Below are positions 52,250 to 60,972 of a stretch of DNA of 64,000 nucleotides, one piece after another. The notes under the pieces are model-generated. The model worked only from the letters and a program-made list of their open reading frames with translations. It ran no database searches and was not told where the DNA came from. Within the stretch, counting starts at the first letter, position 1, and each line of letters opens with the position of its first letter. Source of the stretch: Thermaceae bacterium (lineage in GTDB: Bacteria; Deinococcota; Deinococci; Deinococcales; Marinithermaceae); the NCBI GenBank assembly GCA_026987375.1, contig JALSMT010000081.1, positions 17,065 to 81,064 of the forward strand, in the 5' to 3' direction. Position numbers and translations under genes: made by a program.

Positions 52250-53247
52250 TTTCGCTCTTCCGCCAACTGCAATACTTTGTTTGCGGCATCTTCGTCGGTA
52301 ATGAGCACGTTGACGTAACGTCCTCTGAGAGCGCCGTAAATGGCCCTGGCCTTTACCGCTCCGCCTACCACACCGATGACGCTGCCTATCCTTTGCAGGT
52401 CCTCGTAGCCGATACCTATGACACAGCGGTTAAGCGTTGTGTCCAACCAATTACCGTCTAGATCGTAGTGCTGGGCGCATACGTCGCCGACCGCGCCGCT
52501 GCGACGAACCTCCGCGGCTTCTTCTTCGGTCAAGTACCCCGCCCTGACTAGGCTATAGTAGCCGCTGCGGGTCGTCCCAATACCTACTATCGCTATGTCG
52601 GCCCTCCTGGCCCGCTCGAGCGTCTCGCGGATATGGCGCTCGTTTATCAGCGCCTCACGCGCCCTCCTTTCCTTGACGACCAGCGGAGCGTGCAGCTGGT
52701 AGCTGCGGCTGTTCAATTTTTCCGCTAAGAGCTGCGCCAAAATTGGTCCGCTGGTAGGCGTCGCCTCTGCACCCGTAGCGCCGATAAGCTGGACAACACT
52801 GATGTTGCGATAGTCGGCCGGCCGGATTGTCCTGATCATCTCATAAAGAGCCCCGCCCCAAGAGATGCCCACCGTCATACCGTCGTGAACCCGCTCTTCG
52901 AAGTACCTTGCCGCCAGCCTCCCTACCTTGCCGAGCACTTCTTCATAACTGTCGAAGCGCCCCGCCAATACTCTGGCGTCTTTTAGACCGAAGGTCTTTA
53001 TCAGCTTCTTTTCCAGTCTCGGTGTAGTATTTAGAGGGTGGTGGACGGTTATCTCTACTACACCGCGCTCTCTGGCCTCGCTAATCAACCTCGAAACACC
53101 GGAACGAGAAACCCCCAGCGCGTTAGCTATTTGCTGCTGAGTCTTCTGTTCTTCGTAATACAAAGAGGCGACTCGAGCCAGGTACGCCAGTCTGTCTTCG
53201 TCGCGGCCATGTCTTCGTTGCTTGATCTTTTCTTCGGTCTCTGTCAT
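52246..53247 (-). CDS. lsrR: SorC-family transcriptional repressor, LsrR-like
   Basis: HTH QQIANALGVSRSGVSRLISEARERGVVEI followed by a sugar-phosphate-binding domain. It is divergent from the lsr transporter operon. Confidence 0.85.
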   Translation of the reverse strand: MTETEEKIKQRRHGRDEDRLAYLARVASLYYEEQKTQQQIANALGVSRSGVSRLISEARERGVVEITVHHPLNTTPRLEKKLIKTFGLKDARVLAGRFDSYEEVLGKVGRLAARYFEERVHDGMTVGISWGGALYEMIRTIRPADYRNISVVQLIGATGAEATPTSGPILAQLLAEKLNSRSYQLHAPLVVKERRAREALINERHIRETLERARRADIAIVGIGTTRSGYYSLVRAGYLTEEEAAEVRRSGAVGDVCAQHYDLDGNWLDTTLNRCVIGIGYEDLQRIGSVIGVVGGAVKARAIYGALRGRYVNVLITDEDAANKVLQLAEERN

Positions 53248-53260
53248 CAGGCTCCTCGCC

Positions 53261-53272
53261 TCACATATGTGA
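53261..53272. promoter_or_regulatory. perfect 12-bp palindrome TCACATATGTGA (operator candidate)
   Basis: Lies 14 nt upstream of the lsrR start codon. Confidence 0.4.
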
Positions 53273-53371
53273 TACTACCATAACATTATTTCACAGCTCT
53301 TGGCATCCGTGAATCAGGCTGGCCTGATTTCTACTCTAGCGCCTGGAATTCTTCGTTATAGTCACATTTTC

Positions 53372-53401
53372 TTGACAATCCCATGACTATCGGGCTAGGA
53401 T
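53372..53401 (+). promoter_or_regulatory. candidate lsrA-operon promoter TTGACA-18-TAGGAT
   Basis: -35 at 53372-53377 and -10 at 53396-53401. Confidence 0.45.
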
Positions 53402-53437
53402 GTTCACATAAGTTACATGGCGCTAACATATGTGAAC
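53402..53437. promoter_or_regulatory. inverted repeat GTTCACATA-N18-TATGTGAAC (operator candidate) immediately downstream of the -10
   Basis: 9-bp arms at 53402-53410 and 53429-53437. The right arm sits in ACATATGTGAA, which resembles the 53261 palindrome. Confidence 0.4.
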
Positions 53438-53465
53438 GACGCGCCACAGAGGAGGATAATCCGAT

Positions 53466-53546
53466 ATGATTGACACCGCGGACCCCATTCAGCGCACCTC
53501 GCCTCCACCCCAACTACCGCGGTCAGCAGCCAAGGAGCATATATGA
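53466..53546 (+). CDS. candidate 26-codon upstream ORF (MIDTADPIQRTSPPPQLPRSAAKEHI)
   Basis: GGAGGA sits 9 nt upstream of ATG 53466. The TGA stop overlaps the lsrA ATG (ATGA). Contains a PPP motif. Confidence 0.3.
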   Translation: MIDTADPIQRTSPPPQLPRSAAKEHI

Positions 53547-55066
53547 GCGCCTCTGCAAAGCAAACGCCGTCTACCCAAAAGAGCGAACTTCTCTTAGAGC
53601 TGAAAGACGTTTGGAAGGTCTTCGCAGGCGTTCCCGTACTCAAAGGCATCAGCTTTACCTTGGCCCCCGGAGAAATACATGCTCTGCTAGGCAGCAACGG
53701 CTCCGGCAAATCAACCACCATGAAGATAATCTCGGGCGCCTACCGACTAGACAAGGGAACTATGAAAATAATGGGCGCGCCGGCAAGGCTCGATTCACCT
53801 AAAGTAGCCCATTCACGCGGTATTTACATGGTGCCGCAAGAGCCCCACATCTTTCCTCACCTCTCTATACTCGAAAACCTGGGTATAGGACTGAGCCTGC
53901 CCCCCGCCGAACTCTCCCAAAAAGTAAGTCCCCTTCTGAGCGAGCTCGGCTTCAAGACCGATCTGCGCGAGAGCGCCGCTTTTCTTAGCATCGCTCAACA
54001 GCAGCTATTGGAGATCGTGCGCGGGCTCTTGAGGAACGCCCGCATACTCATCTTCGACGAGCCTACCTCGGCGCTAACATTCAGGGAAACAGGCCACCTC
54101 TTCGAGAGGATGCGCTACTTGGCCTCCCAGGGCATTGGGCTCGTCTTCATCTCGCACAGGCTAGGCGAAGTTATGGAGATAGCCGATCGCATTAGCGTTT
54201 TGCGGGACGGACAGATCGTTTTCAGCAATCCCACTAGCAGCGTGACTCCTCACGCCCTCATCAAAGCTATGCTGCCGGAGTCCGCCGAAGATTCGTCCGT
54301 TAGTTTCGAGAGCGAAAAAAGCAGCGTTGGCGGTACGGTCTTGGAGGTTGAGCACCTGAATAGCGAGGCCTTCACCGACGCCTCTTTCAGCCTGCACGCA
54401 GGCGAGGTGCTAGGTCTAGCCGGACTGGTCGGTTCGGGGCGGACCGAGCTTTCCGAAGCAATCGTCGGCATTGATCCCAACGCCCGCGGCAAGGTCGTTA
54501 TCGCCGGCGACGACCTGCCCGTGCGCAGTCCCGCCATTTGCCAGCAGCACGGTCTGGTTTACGTACCCGAAGATCGCCACGCTCACGGTATCTTTCTCGA
54601 TCTACCCAGTGTTTATACGATAACGGCTGGTATTCTTCCGCAGCTTGGAAAGTACCTGCTCTCAGAGGACAAAGAGAAAGATATTGGCGAGCGTTTTGTG
54701 GACGAGCTGAATATTAAAGTCAACAGCATCTGGCAAACAGCGGGGACTCTTTCTGGCGGCAATCAGCAGAAGGTTGTCCTTGCCAAAGCTCTGGCGGGAG
54801 AGCCGAAAGTAATTATCCTCGACGAACCTACCCGAGGCATAGACGCTTCGGCGCGCCAGGACGTCTACCGCCTGATACGCGCCCTGACAAAAGAGGGTGT
54901 TGGGGTTCTGCTAATATCTTCCGAACTGGAGGAAATAGTTGAGCTGAGCGATCGCGTTCTGGTCATGTACCGCGGACGCATAACAGAAGAGCTCAGCGGT
55001 AAAGATATTAATTTGGAACGGGTAACCAACGCCTCATTCGGAATTAGCACGGAGGCCAAGGCATGA
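53543..55066 (+). CDS. lsrA: autoinducer-2 ABC transporter ATP-binding protein (duplicated ATPase)
   Basis: 507 aa with two nucleotide-binding domains (GSNGSGKST, and a second domain with LSGGNQQK and IILDEPTRG). Confidence 0.92.
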   Translation: MSASAKQTPSTQKSELLLELKDVWKVFAGVPVLKGISFTLAPGEIHALLGSNGSGKSTTMKIISGAYRLDKGTMKIMGAPARLDSPKVAHSRGIYMVPQEPHIFPHLSILENLGIGLSLPPAELSQKVSPLLSELGFKTDLRESAAFLSIAQQQLLEIVRGLLRNARILIFDEPTSALTFRETGHLFERMRYLASQGIGLVFISHRLGEVMEIADRISVLRDGQIVFSNPTSSVTPHALIKAMLPESAEDSSVSFESEKSSVGGTVLEVEHLNSEAFTDASFSLHAGEVLGLAGLVGSGRTELSEAIVGIDPNARGKVVIAGDDLPVRSPAICQQHGLVYVPEDRHAHGIFLDLPSVYTITAGILPQLGKYLLSEDKEKDIGERFVDELNIKVNSIWQTAGTLSGGNQQKVVLAKALAGEPKVIILDEPTRGIDASARQDVYRLIRALTKEGVGVLLISSELEEIVELSDRVLVMYRGRITEELSGKDINLERVTNASFGISTEAKA

Positions 55067-56055
55067 AACGCTTTTTTAAGAGCCGCGAGCTGTTAATCAT
55101 GCTCTTGTTGGCGGTGCTGATTATTATTACCGGCCTATTCAACAAGAATGTCTACAAGTTCGACTCGATCTCAGAAATTTTCAACGCCAGCCTGACTCTG
55201 ACGCTCATTTCCTTGGGTGAGATGTTCGTCATCCTGACGCGCGGTATTGACGTTTCAGTCGGGGCGACCGCCGGCCTAGCGGCGGTTATCCTGGGCACGA
55301 CGCTCAACCTCGGCTGGCCTATCGGCTGGGCCATCCTCGCGGCGATTATTACGGGCACTCTCGCCGGCATGGTCAACGCCTTTGGGATTACGAGCATGCG
55401 CGTGCCGCCGATTATCATGACCCTGGGCACACTGGGTATTTACCGCGGGCTAATGAGAATAATAACCGGCGGCAGCTGGATAGAAAACCTGCCGCAAAGC
55501 ATCAAAGAACCCAACCGCTGGGATATTTTGCACGTTCCCTTTTTCGTCTGGATGACGCTTATAGTCATAGCCATAACCGCATATATTACCCTTAAAGCCA
55601 GACCTGCACGCTACTTTTACGCCGTAGGCGATAACGAAGAAGGCGCCTATCTGCTTGGCATCCCGGTTAAGCTTACGCAGTTCGCCGCTTATACTCTGGC
55701 GGGCTTCTTCGCGGCGCTCGCGGCGATCGTCTTCACCTCGCAAATTGGATTCGTATCCATGAACGCCGCTGACGGCTTCGAGCTGAAAGCAATCGCCGCC
55801 AACGTTCTTGGCGGCGTCAGCCTGACCGGGGGGATAGGTACGCCGCTAGGCGCTACTATCGGCGCCCTCTTCATGACCGCCGTACACAGCATGCTCATCT
55901 TCCTCGGCATTCCCGGTATCTGGGACAACGCCTTCGCCGGCATAATTCTGCTGACCGTCGTATATATAGACTACCGCGTACGTACGACCATCGAGTTGCA
56001 GCAACGGCAGTCGCGCATCCGCGGCGAATCCGGCGCCGTTGGAGGTGAATCATGA
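55063..56055 (+). CDS. lsrC: autoinducer-2 ABC transporter permease LsrC
   Basis: Blocks LTRGIDVSVGA, TLGTLGIYRGLMRIITGGSWIENLP, FTSQIGF and ELKAIAANVLGG match E. coli LsrC as I remember it. Confidence 0.9.
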   Translation: MKRFFKSRELLIMLLLAVLIIITGLFNKNVYKFDSISEIFNASLTLTLISLGEMFVILTRGIDVSVGATAGLAAVILGTTLNLGWPIGWAILAAIITGTLAGMVNAFGITSMRVPPIIMTLGTLGIYRGLMRIITGGSWIENLPQSIKEPNRWDILHVPFFVWMTLIVIAITAYITLKARPARYFYAVGDNEEGAYLLGIPVKLTQFAAYTLAGFFAALAAIVFTSQIGFVSMNAADGFELKAIAANVLGGVSLTGGIGTPLGATIGALFMTAVHSMLIFLGIPGIWDNAFAGIILLTVVYIDYRVRTTIELQQRQSRIRGESGAVGGES

Positions 56056-57092
56056 ACCTCAAACACGTCTTCCGCTCCTGGGAGTTTGCCCTCTTCGTGC
56101 TGTTGGTGGCCGAGATCGCAGTGCTGGGCGTTATCAACCCCACCTTTCTCAATATTGAGAACCTTCTCTACTCTACTCTGGACTTCTCACACATACTCTT
56201 CGCCGCGTTGCCGCTGACAATGGTCATCATCACCGCCGGCATAGACATCTCCGGAGTATCCATCATGGGCCTGACCTCAATCACCCTGGGGCTCGTCTGG
56301 GTTGCCGGAGTAAATATATTCGTGGCCATGGCTATCGCCATCTTAATTGGGTTGCTAGCGGGCTTGTTCAACGGATTTTTCGTAGCTAATACCGACGTCA
56401 ACCCTTTGGTGATAACTTTGGGAACGCTGTTTATGTTCGCAGGGCTGGCGCAAGGTATGCCCGCCCTGCTGGACTTGCTCGGCTTCAAAGCCTACGGCTC
56501 TGGCGGCCTTGCGGCCTACCAGTACGAAGGCATCACGGGCCTGCCTGACTCATTTATCCACCTGACAGACGGATCTCTTTGGATTATCCCCTATCCGTTC
56601 ATCGCTATACTGATCTTCGCGGCCATACTGTCCTTACTGCTGCACAAGACTCGCTTTGGCCGGGCCCTTTATCTGATAGGCGTTAATCCCAAGGCTACTA
56701 TTTACAGCGGCGTCCCAATCAAAAAAGTACTCATCGGCGCCTATCTGCTGAGCGCTCTTGGCGCCGTGCTGGCGGGCATAACCCTGACCTCGTACTTCAC
56801 CTCGGCCAGGGCCGACCTCGGCGGCGACGCCCTACTGCCGATAATCACGACTGTCGTGCTCGGAGGAGCAGACATTCTTGGCGGCAGTGGCACGATTCTG
56901 GGGACGCTGCTGGCCGGCCTCTTGCTAGGCTTCTTACGCCAGGGCCTCTTGGCCATCGGGGTTACCAACGACCTCATTCAGGTCGTCACCGGCGCTTTGC
57001 TCATATTAGCCATGGCTACGAAACGGCTCGCGGCCGTTTACGGCGAGTTCCGTCTTAATCGTAGAACTTTGTCAAGCAAGGAAAGGGGGTGA
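56052..57092 (+). CDS. lsrD: autoinducer-2 ABC transporter permease LsrD
   Basis: Second ribose-type permease. Its position and length fit LsrD. Confidence 0.9.
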   Translation: MNLKHVFRSWEFALFVLLVAEIAVLGVINPTFLNIENLLYSTLDFSHILFAALPLTMVIITAGIDISGVSIMGLTSITLGLVWVAGVNIFVAMAIAILIGLLAGLFNGFFVANTDVNPLVITLGTLFMFAGLAQGMPALLDLLGFKAYGSGGLAAYQYEGITGLPDSFIHLTDGSLWIIPYPFIAILIFAAILSLLLHKTRFGRALYLIGVNPKATIYSGVPIKKVLIGAYLLSALGAVLAGITLTSYFTSARADLGGDALLPIITTVVLGGADILGGSGTILGTLLAGLLLGFLRQGLLAIGVTNDLIQVVTGALLILAMATKRLAAVYGEFRLNRRTLSSKERG

Positions 57093-57153
57093 GGCAGCTG
57101 GCTAACAAACCGCTTTCGTTAAAAGGCCATCTTTCTGGAGGAGGTTAACAAGC

Positions 57154-58185
57154 ATGAGAAAAATATCTTTAGTATTCGCCGCAGCCCTTATCTTCGCTGC
57201 CGTAGGCACCACTGCGCTAGCCAAGCAAGTTAAGATCGCTTTCATTCCTAAACTAACGGGTGTAGGCTTCTTCGAATCCGGCGGTAAAGGCGCGGTAGAA
57301 ATGGGTAAAAAGCTGGGTATTTACGTCAAGTACGACGGCCCCAGCACCGCCAGCGTCTCTGGCCAGATCGAGTACATCAACAACTTCGTCAACCAGGGCT
57401 ACAACGCCATCGCGATTTCTTCTCTCTCACCCGACGGGCTCAAACAGGCTCTCAACCGCGCCAGCAAGCGCGGCGTCATCATTCTGACCTGGGACTCGGA
57501 CGTCAACCCTCGCGACCGCACCTTCTATATCAGCCAAGGCACCGCCCAGCAGCTGGGCGAGCTGCTCGTTAAGATGGCCGCCGACCAGATGAAAGATCCC
57601 AAGAGCGGCCACAAAAAGGTAGCCTTCCACTACTCCAGCCCGACCGTCACCGATCAGAACCAGTGGGTCGTCGTCGCCAAAAAGACCATTGCCGAGAAGT
57701 ACCCCAACTGGGAAATCGTCGACACGGTCTACAGCAACGAAGACGCCCAAAAAGCCGTTCAGGTCCCCACTGCTCTGTTCCAGGCGCACCCCGACCTCGA
57801 CGCGGTTATCTGCCCTGACGCCAACGCTCTTCCCGGCACCGCTCAGGCCGCCGAAAATCTTGGCATAGCGGGTAAGGTCATCATCACCGGCTTCTCGACC
57901 CCCAACACCATGCGCCCCTACGTCAAGCGCGGCACCGTCAAGGCGTTCGGCCTTTGGGACGTCGTAAAGCAAGGCAAGCTCGCCATCTACGTCGCCAACA
58001 TGCTGGTGCAAGGTAAAAAACTGCACGTCGGCGACGAGTTTGACGTACCCGACGTGGGCCACGTCAAGGTATCCCCCAACTCTATCCAGGGGTACACCTA
58101 CCAGGGCGACGTCAACAACGGCATCATCCTTCTTCCCGAGCGCGTTGTCTTCACCATCGACAACATCGACAACTACGACTTCTAG
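57154..58185 (+). CDS. lsrB: autoinducer-2-binding periplasmic protein LsrB
   Basis: Signal peptide plus full-length similarity to enteric LsrB, including [72 protein letters not shown] and ILLPERVVF. Confidence 0.93.
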   Translation: MRKISLVFAAALIFAAVGTTALAKQVKIAFIPKLTGVGFFESGGKGAVEMGKKLGIYVKYDGPSTASVSGQIEYINNFVNQGYNAIAISSLSPDGLKQALNRASKRGVIILTWDSDVNPRDRTFYISQGTAQQLGELLVKMAADQMKDPKSGHKKVAFHYSSPTVTDQNQWVVVAKKTIAEKYPNWEIVDTVYSNEDAQKAVQVPTALFQAHPDLDAVICPDANALPGTAQAAENLGIAGKVIITGFSTPNTMRPYVKRGTVKAFGLWDVVKQGKLAIYVANMLVQGKKLHVGDEFDVPDVGHVKVSPNSIQGYTYQGDVNNGIILLPERVVFTIDNIDNYDF

Positions 58186-58195
58186 GATTCTCTCG

Positions 58196-58221
58196 TCCAG
58201 GGCGGCGCGCGCCGCCCTGGA
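58196..58221 (+). promoter_or_regulatory. perfect 26-nt palindrome (13-bp GC-rich stem) between lsrB and lsrK
   Basis: TCCAGGGCGGCGC|GCGCCGCCCTGGA lies 11 nt after the lsrB stop. There is no U tract. The lsrK SD GGAGGA follows. Confidence 0.6.
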
Positions 58222-58239
58222 TGCCATAGCGGAGGAGTT

Positions 58240-59796
58240 ATGCGGCACATCCTAGCCCTCGACGCTGGTACCGGCAGCGGCCGCGCCGTTTTATTTGACG
58301 AAAACGGACGACAGCTTGCCTCGGCGTCGCGCGAATGGACCCACAAAGAAGAACCGGGGTTCCCCGGCTCCATGACCTTCGCCAGGGACGAGAATTGGTT
58401 GATGATAAGCGACGCCATCAAAGAGGTCCTGGCTCAAGTCCCCGGGGCTAACATCTCCGCCGTTAGCACCACCAGCATGCGTGAAGGGATTGTGCTGTAC
58501 GACGAAGATGATAACGAGCTGTGGGCTTGCTCCAACGTAGATGCGCGCGCCTTCGCCGAGGTGTCAGAGCTGAGGCGGTCAGACGACTCCCTAGAAAAGT
58601 GGGCTTATCTGCGCTCGGGGCAAACCTTCGCTCTGGGTGCGGCGCCGCGACTGCTCTGGCTCAAAAAGCACCAGCCTGACACCTACGAACGCTCGGTGAA
58701 AATGGCCATGTTGTCCGACTGGATAGCCGTCAGACTGGGGGCGAGTATTGCCTTGGACCCCTCCAACGGCGGCACTACCGGACTTTTTAATCTTTCGACT
58801 CGCAGCTGGGATCCCGAGTTGTTCGAACGTCTTGGGCTAAAGACAGATTTTTTAGATACTCCGGTCTACGAAACCGGTACCGTCATAGGAGAAGTGTCTG
58901 CAAGGGCGTCGGCGCAGACCGGCATTCCCGCCGGCGTTCCCATCGTCATGGGCGGCGGCGACGCCCAGCTGGGCGCGGTGGGGGTTGGCGCCACCAGGAG
59001 CGGCGACGTAGCTATTTTTGGCGGCTCATTCTGGCAGCAAGAAGTCAACCTCGCCAAACCGCTGGCGGACGAAAGCGGGCGAATTCGCATGAACTTCGCA
59101 TCGCTGCCGGGAATGTGGCAGGCTGAGGCCATCGTCTTTTTCCCTGGAATAGCTGCGCGCTGGTTCCGCGACGCCTTTGCGCCCGACTTGAAGGCGCAAG
59201 CGCAAGATGCGGGACGCGACGCCTACGAGCTGCTCGAAGAAGTTGCCGCCAAGGTGCCGCCTGGCTCTTACGGCATTACTCCGGTGTTGTCAGACGCCAT
59301 GAATTACATGCACTGGCGGCACGCGGCGCCTTCGTTTGTCAATTTCCCCCTTGACCCGGAGAAGTCTCACCGCGGCGCCTTTTTTAGAGCCCTGCAGGAA
59401 AACGCTGCGATCATCACCCTGGCCAACCTGCGGCTCATCGCCGCTCTGACCGGCAGATTTCCCGAATCGGCAATCTTTGCCGGCGGCGCCGCCAAGGGTC
59501 GGCTCTGGCCGCAGATAGTAGCAGACGTGCTGCAAATACCTCTGCGAATTCCATTGGTGAAGGAGGCGACCTCTCTCGGCGCGGCTATCGCGGCGGGGGT
59601 TGGCGTCGGCATTTACACCGACGCGGCTGCGGCGGCGGATGGCCTGGTCAGTTGGGACAGAACCGTCGAGCCCAATCCTGCAAACTTTGAAGCGTATCAA
59701 GAGGCGTTCCAACGCTGGCAAGAAGTCTACCCGGCGCAGCTCGAGCTGGCCGACCGCGGCGTAACCGCTCATATGTGGCGGGCACCCGGAGAATGA
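58240..59796 (+). CDS. lsrK: autoinducer-2 kinase (FGGY family)
   Basis: ALDAGTGS, SMREGIVLY, DPSNGGTTGL, GGGDAQLG and FAGGAAKGRLW blocks are shared with E. coli LsrK as I remember it. Confidence 0.92.
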   Translation: MRHILALDAGTGSGRAVLFDENGRQLASASREWTHKEEPGFPGSMTFARDENWLMISDAIKEVLAQVPGANISAVSTTSMREGIVLYDEDDNELWACSNVDARAFAEVSELRRSDDSLEKWAYLRSGQTFALGAAPRLLWLKKHQPDTYERSVKMAMLSDWIAVRLGASIALDPSNGGTTGLFNLSTRSWDPELFERLGLKTDFLDTPVYETGTVIGEVSARASAQTGIPAGVPIVMGGGDAQLGAVGVGATRSGDVAIFGGSFWQQEVNLAKPLADESGRIRMNFASLPGMWQAEAIVFFPGIAARWFRDAFAPDLKAQAQDAGRDAYELLEEVAAKVPPGSYGITPVLSDAMNYMHWRHAAPSFVNFPLDPEKSHRGAFFRALQENAAIITLANLRLIAALTGRFPESAIFAGGAAKGRLWPQIVADVLQIPLRIPLVKEATSLGAAIAAGVGVGIYTDAAAAADGLVSWDRTVEPNPANFEAYQEAFQRWQEVYPAQLELADRGVTAHMWRAPGE

Positions 59797-59814
59797 GTCA
59801 AAAAGGAGGACATC

Positions 59815-60195
59815 GTGAAACCATTTGTCATTCATGAAGAAGACGTAGAGTACCGCTTTGACGGCGTTTCCGGGCCCAAGTACCTCATGCGCGGTCCGCG
59901 CTCTGACTTTGGCATGGTCGTCATTACTCCCGGAGAGGATTTTGAGACCCACTACCACCGTAAAATCGAAGAGAACTTCTTCACCCTGGAAGGCGAAGTA
60001 GACATCTACATCAACGGTGAGAAGATCACCCTGCACCCGGGGGAACTTTGCCACGTGCCGCCGATGCACCCCCACTATCTGATAAACAGAGGAAAAGTGC
60101 CTTGGAAAGCTATTTTCGTCAAGGCTCCTTACGACCCCAAGGACAAGGTAAACGTAAACTGGCTGCCGGGTCAGCCCCTACCTGATATTTCGTGA
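59815..60195 (+). CDS. metal-binding cupin-domain protein, last gene of the lsr operon
   Basis: 126 aa. Cupin motif 1 is THYHRKIEENFFTLEG and motif 2 is PGELCHVPPMHPHYLIN. It starts 18 nt after the lsrK stop with an AGGAGG SD. Confidence 0.8.
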   Translation: MKPFVIHEEDVEYRFDGVSGPKYLMRGPRSDFGMVVITPGEDFETHYHRKIEENFFTLEGEVDIYINGEKITLHPGELCHVPPMHPHYLINRGKVPWKAIFVKAPYDPKDKVNVNWLPGQPLPDIS

Positions 60196-60212
60196 TCGCC
60201 TATTTAAAACTC

Positions 60213-60236
60213 GCCCCGCCATTTGGCGGGGCTTTT
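60213..60236. terminator. bidirectional rho-independent terminator
   Basis: GCCCCGCC-ATTT-GGCGGGGC flanked by AAAA upstream and TTTT downstream, between convergent genes. Confidence 0.75.
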
Positions 60237-60241
60237 GCTAG

Positions 60242-60892
60242 CTACCGCTGGCCGGTAGACTTGGTATCGCGGACGTCGAGCACTTCCTCCCCGGCGTTAC
60301 GCAGGCGGTCTACTACGGTTGCGATCTCCTCACCGGTGACCCTGATGACGATTATCCTCTTGCCGTCTTTCTTTCCCGCGGTCGCTACGGAGAGAATATT
60401 GCTCGGTTTTACCGCTGCGCCCAGGCGCTCTAGGGCACCCGGCTTGTCTTCCACGTCCAGGGTTATTCGCAGGCCGCCTTCACGCAGACCCATTACCTCG
60501 ATGAAGGCTTTGAGCAGGTCGGTTATGGTAATTATGCCGACCAGCCCGCCGTCTTCAACCACCGGCAGTCCGCCTATGCGGTACTCCTCCATCAGCAAGG
60601 CGGCTTCCTCGATTGTTTCATCGGCGCTTACCGTGATAACCGGCTTAGCCATGACCTCGGCTACGGTTAGTTTCGCGAGCAGGTAATTTAACTCCCATAC
60701 CGATAACGTCGTCGCTTTGGACGGCATAGCGTCTTTCAGGTCTTTGTCGGTGACTATGCCTACCAACCTGCCCGCCTCCACCACCGGCAAGCGACGGTAC
60801 CCCTGGTCCTTGAGCGTTCGTATTGCGTCCAGGACTGGCGTTTCCGGGCTGATCGTCTTTGGATTGGGCGTCATCCAATCTTTAACCAGCAT
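60242..60892 (-). CDS. CBS-pair + ACT-like domain protein (AcuB-like)
   Basis: Two CBS repeats ([14 protein letters not shown]...; [15 protein letters not shown]...) followed by a C-terminal regulatory domain. Confidence 0.85.
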   Translation of the reverse strand: MLVKDWMTPNPKTISPETPVLDAIRTLKDQGYRRLPVVEAGRLVGIVTDKDLKDAMPSKATTLSVWELNYLLAKLTVAEVMAKPVITVSADETIEEAALLMEEYRIGGLPVVEDGGLVGIITITDLLKAFIEVMGLREGGLRITLDVEDKPGALERLGAAVKPSNILSVATAGKKDGKRIIVIRVTGEEIATVVDRLRNAGEEVLDVRDTKSTGQR

Positions 60893-60959
60893 TTTGCACC
60901 TCCTTACCGCCTATTCTAACCGCCAAAGCGCCTCTCACACCGCCTTCACTGCCTAACCT

Positions 60960-60965
60960 TAGACT
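60960..60965 (+). promoter_or_regulatory. -10-like TAGACT 7 nt upstream of the skp-like ATG (leaderless candidate)
   Basis: TAGACT-CTTGGGG-ATG. Confidence 0.4.
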
Positions 60966-60972
60966 CTTGGGG

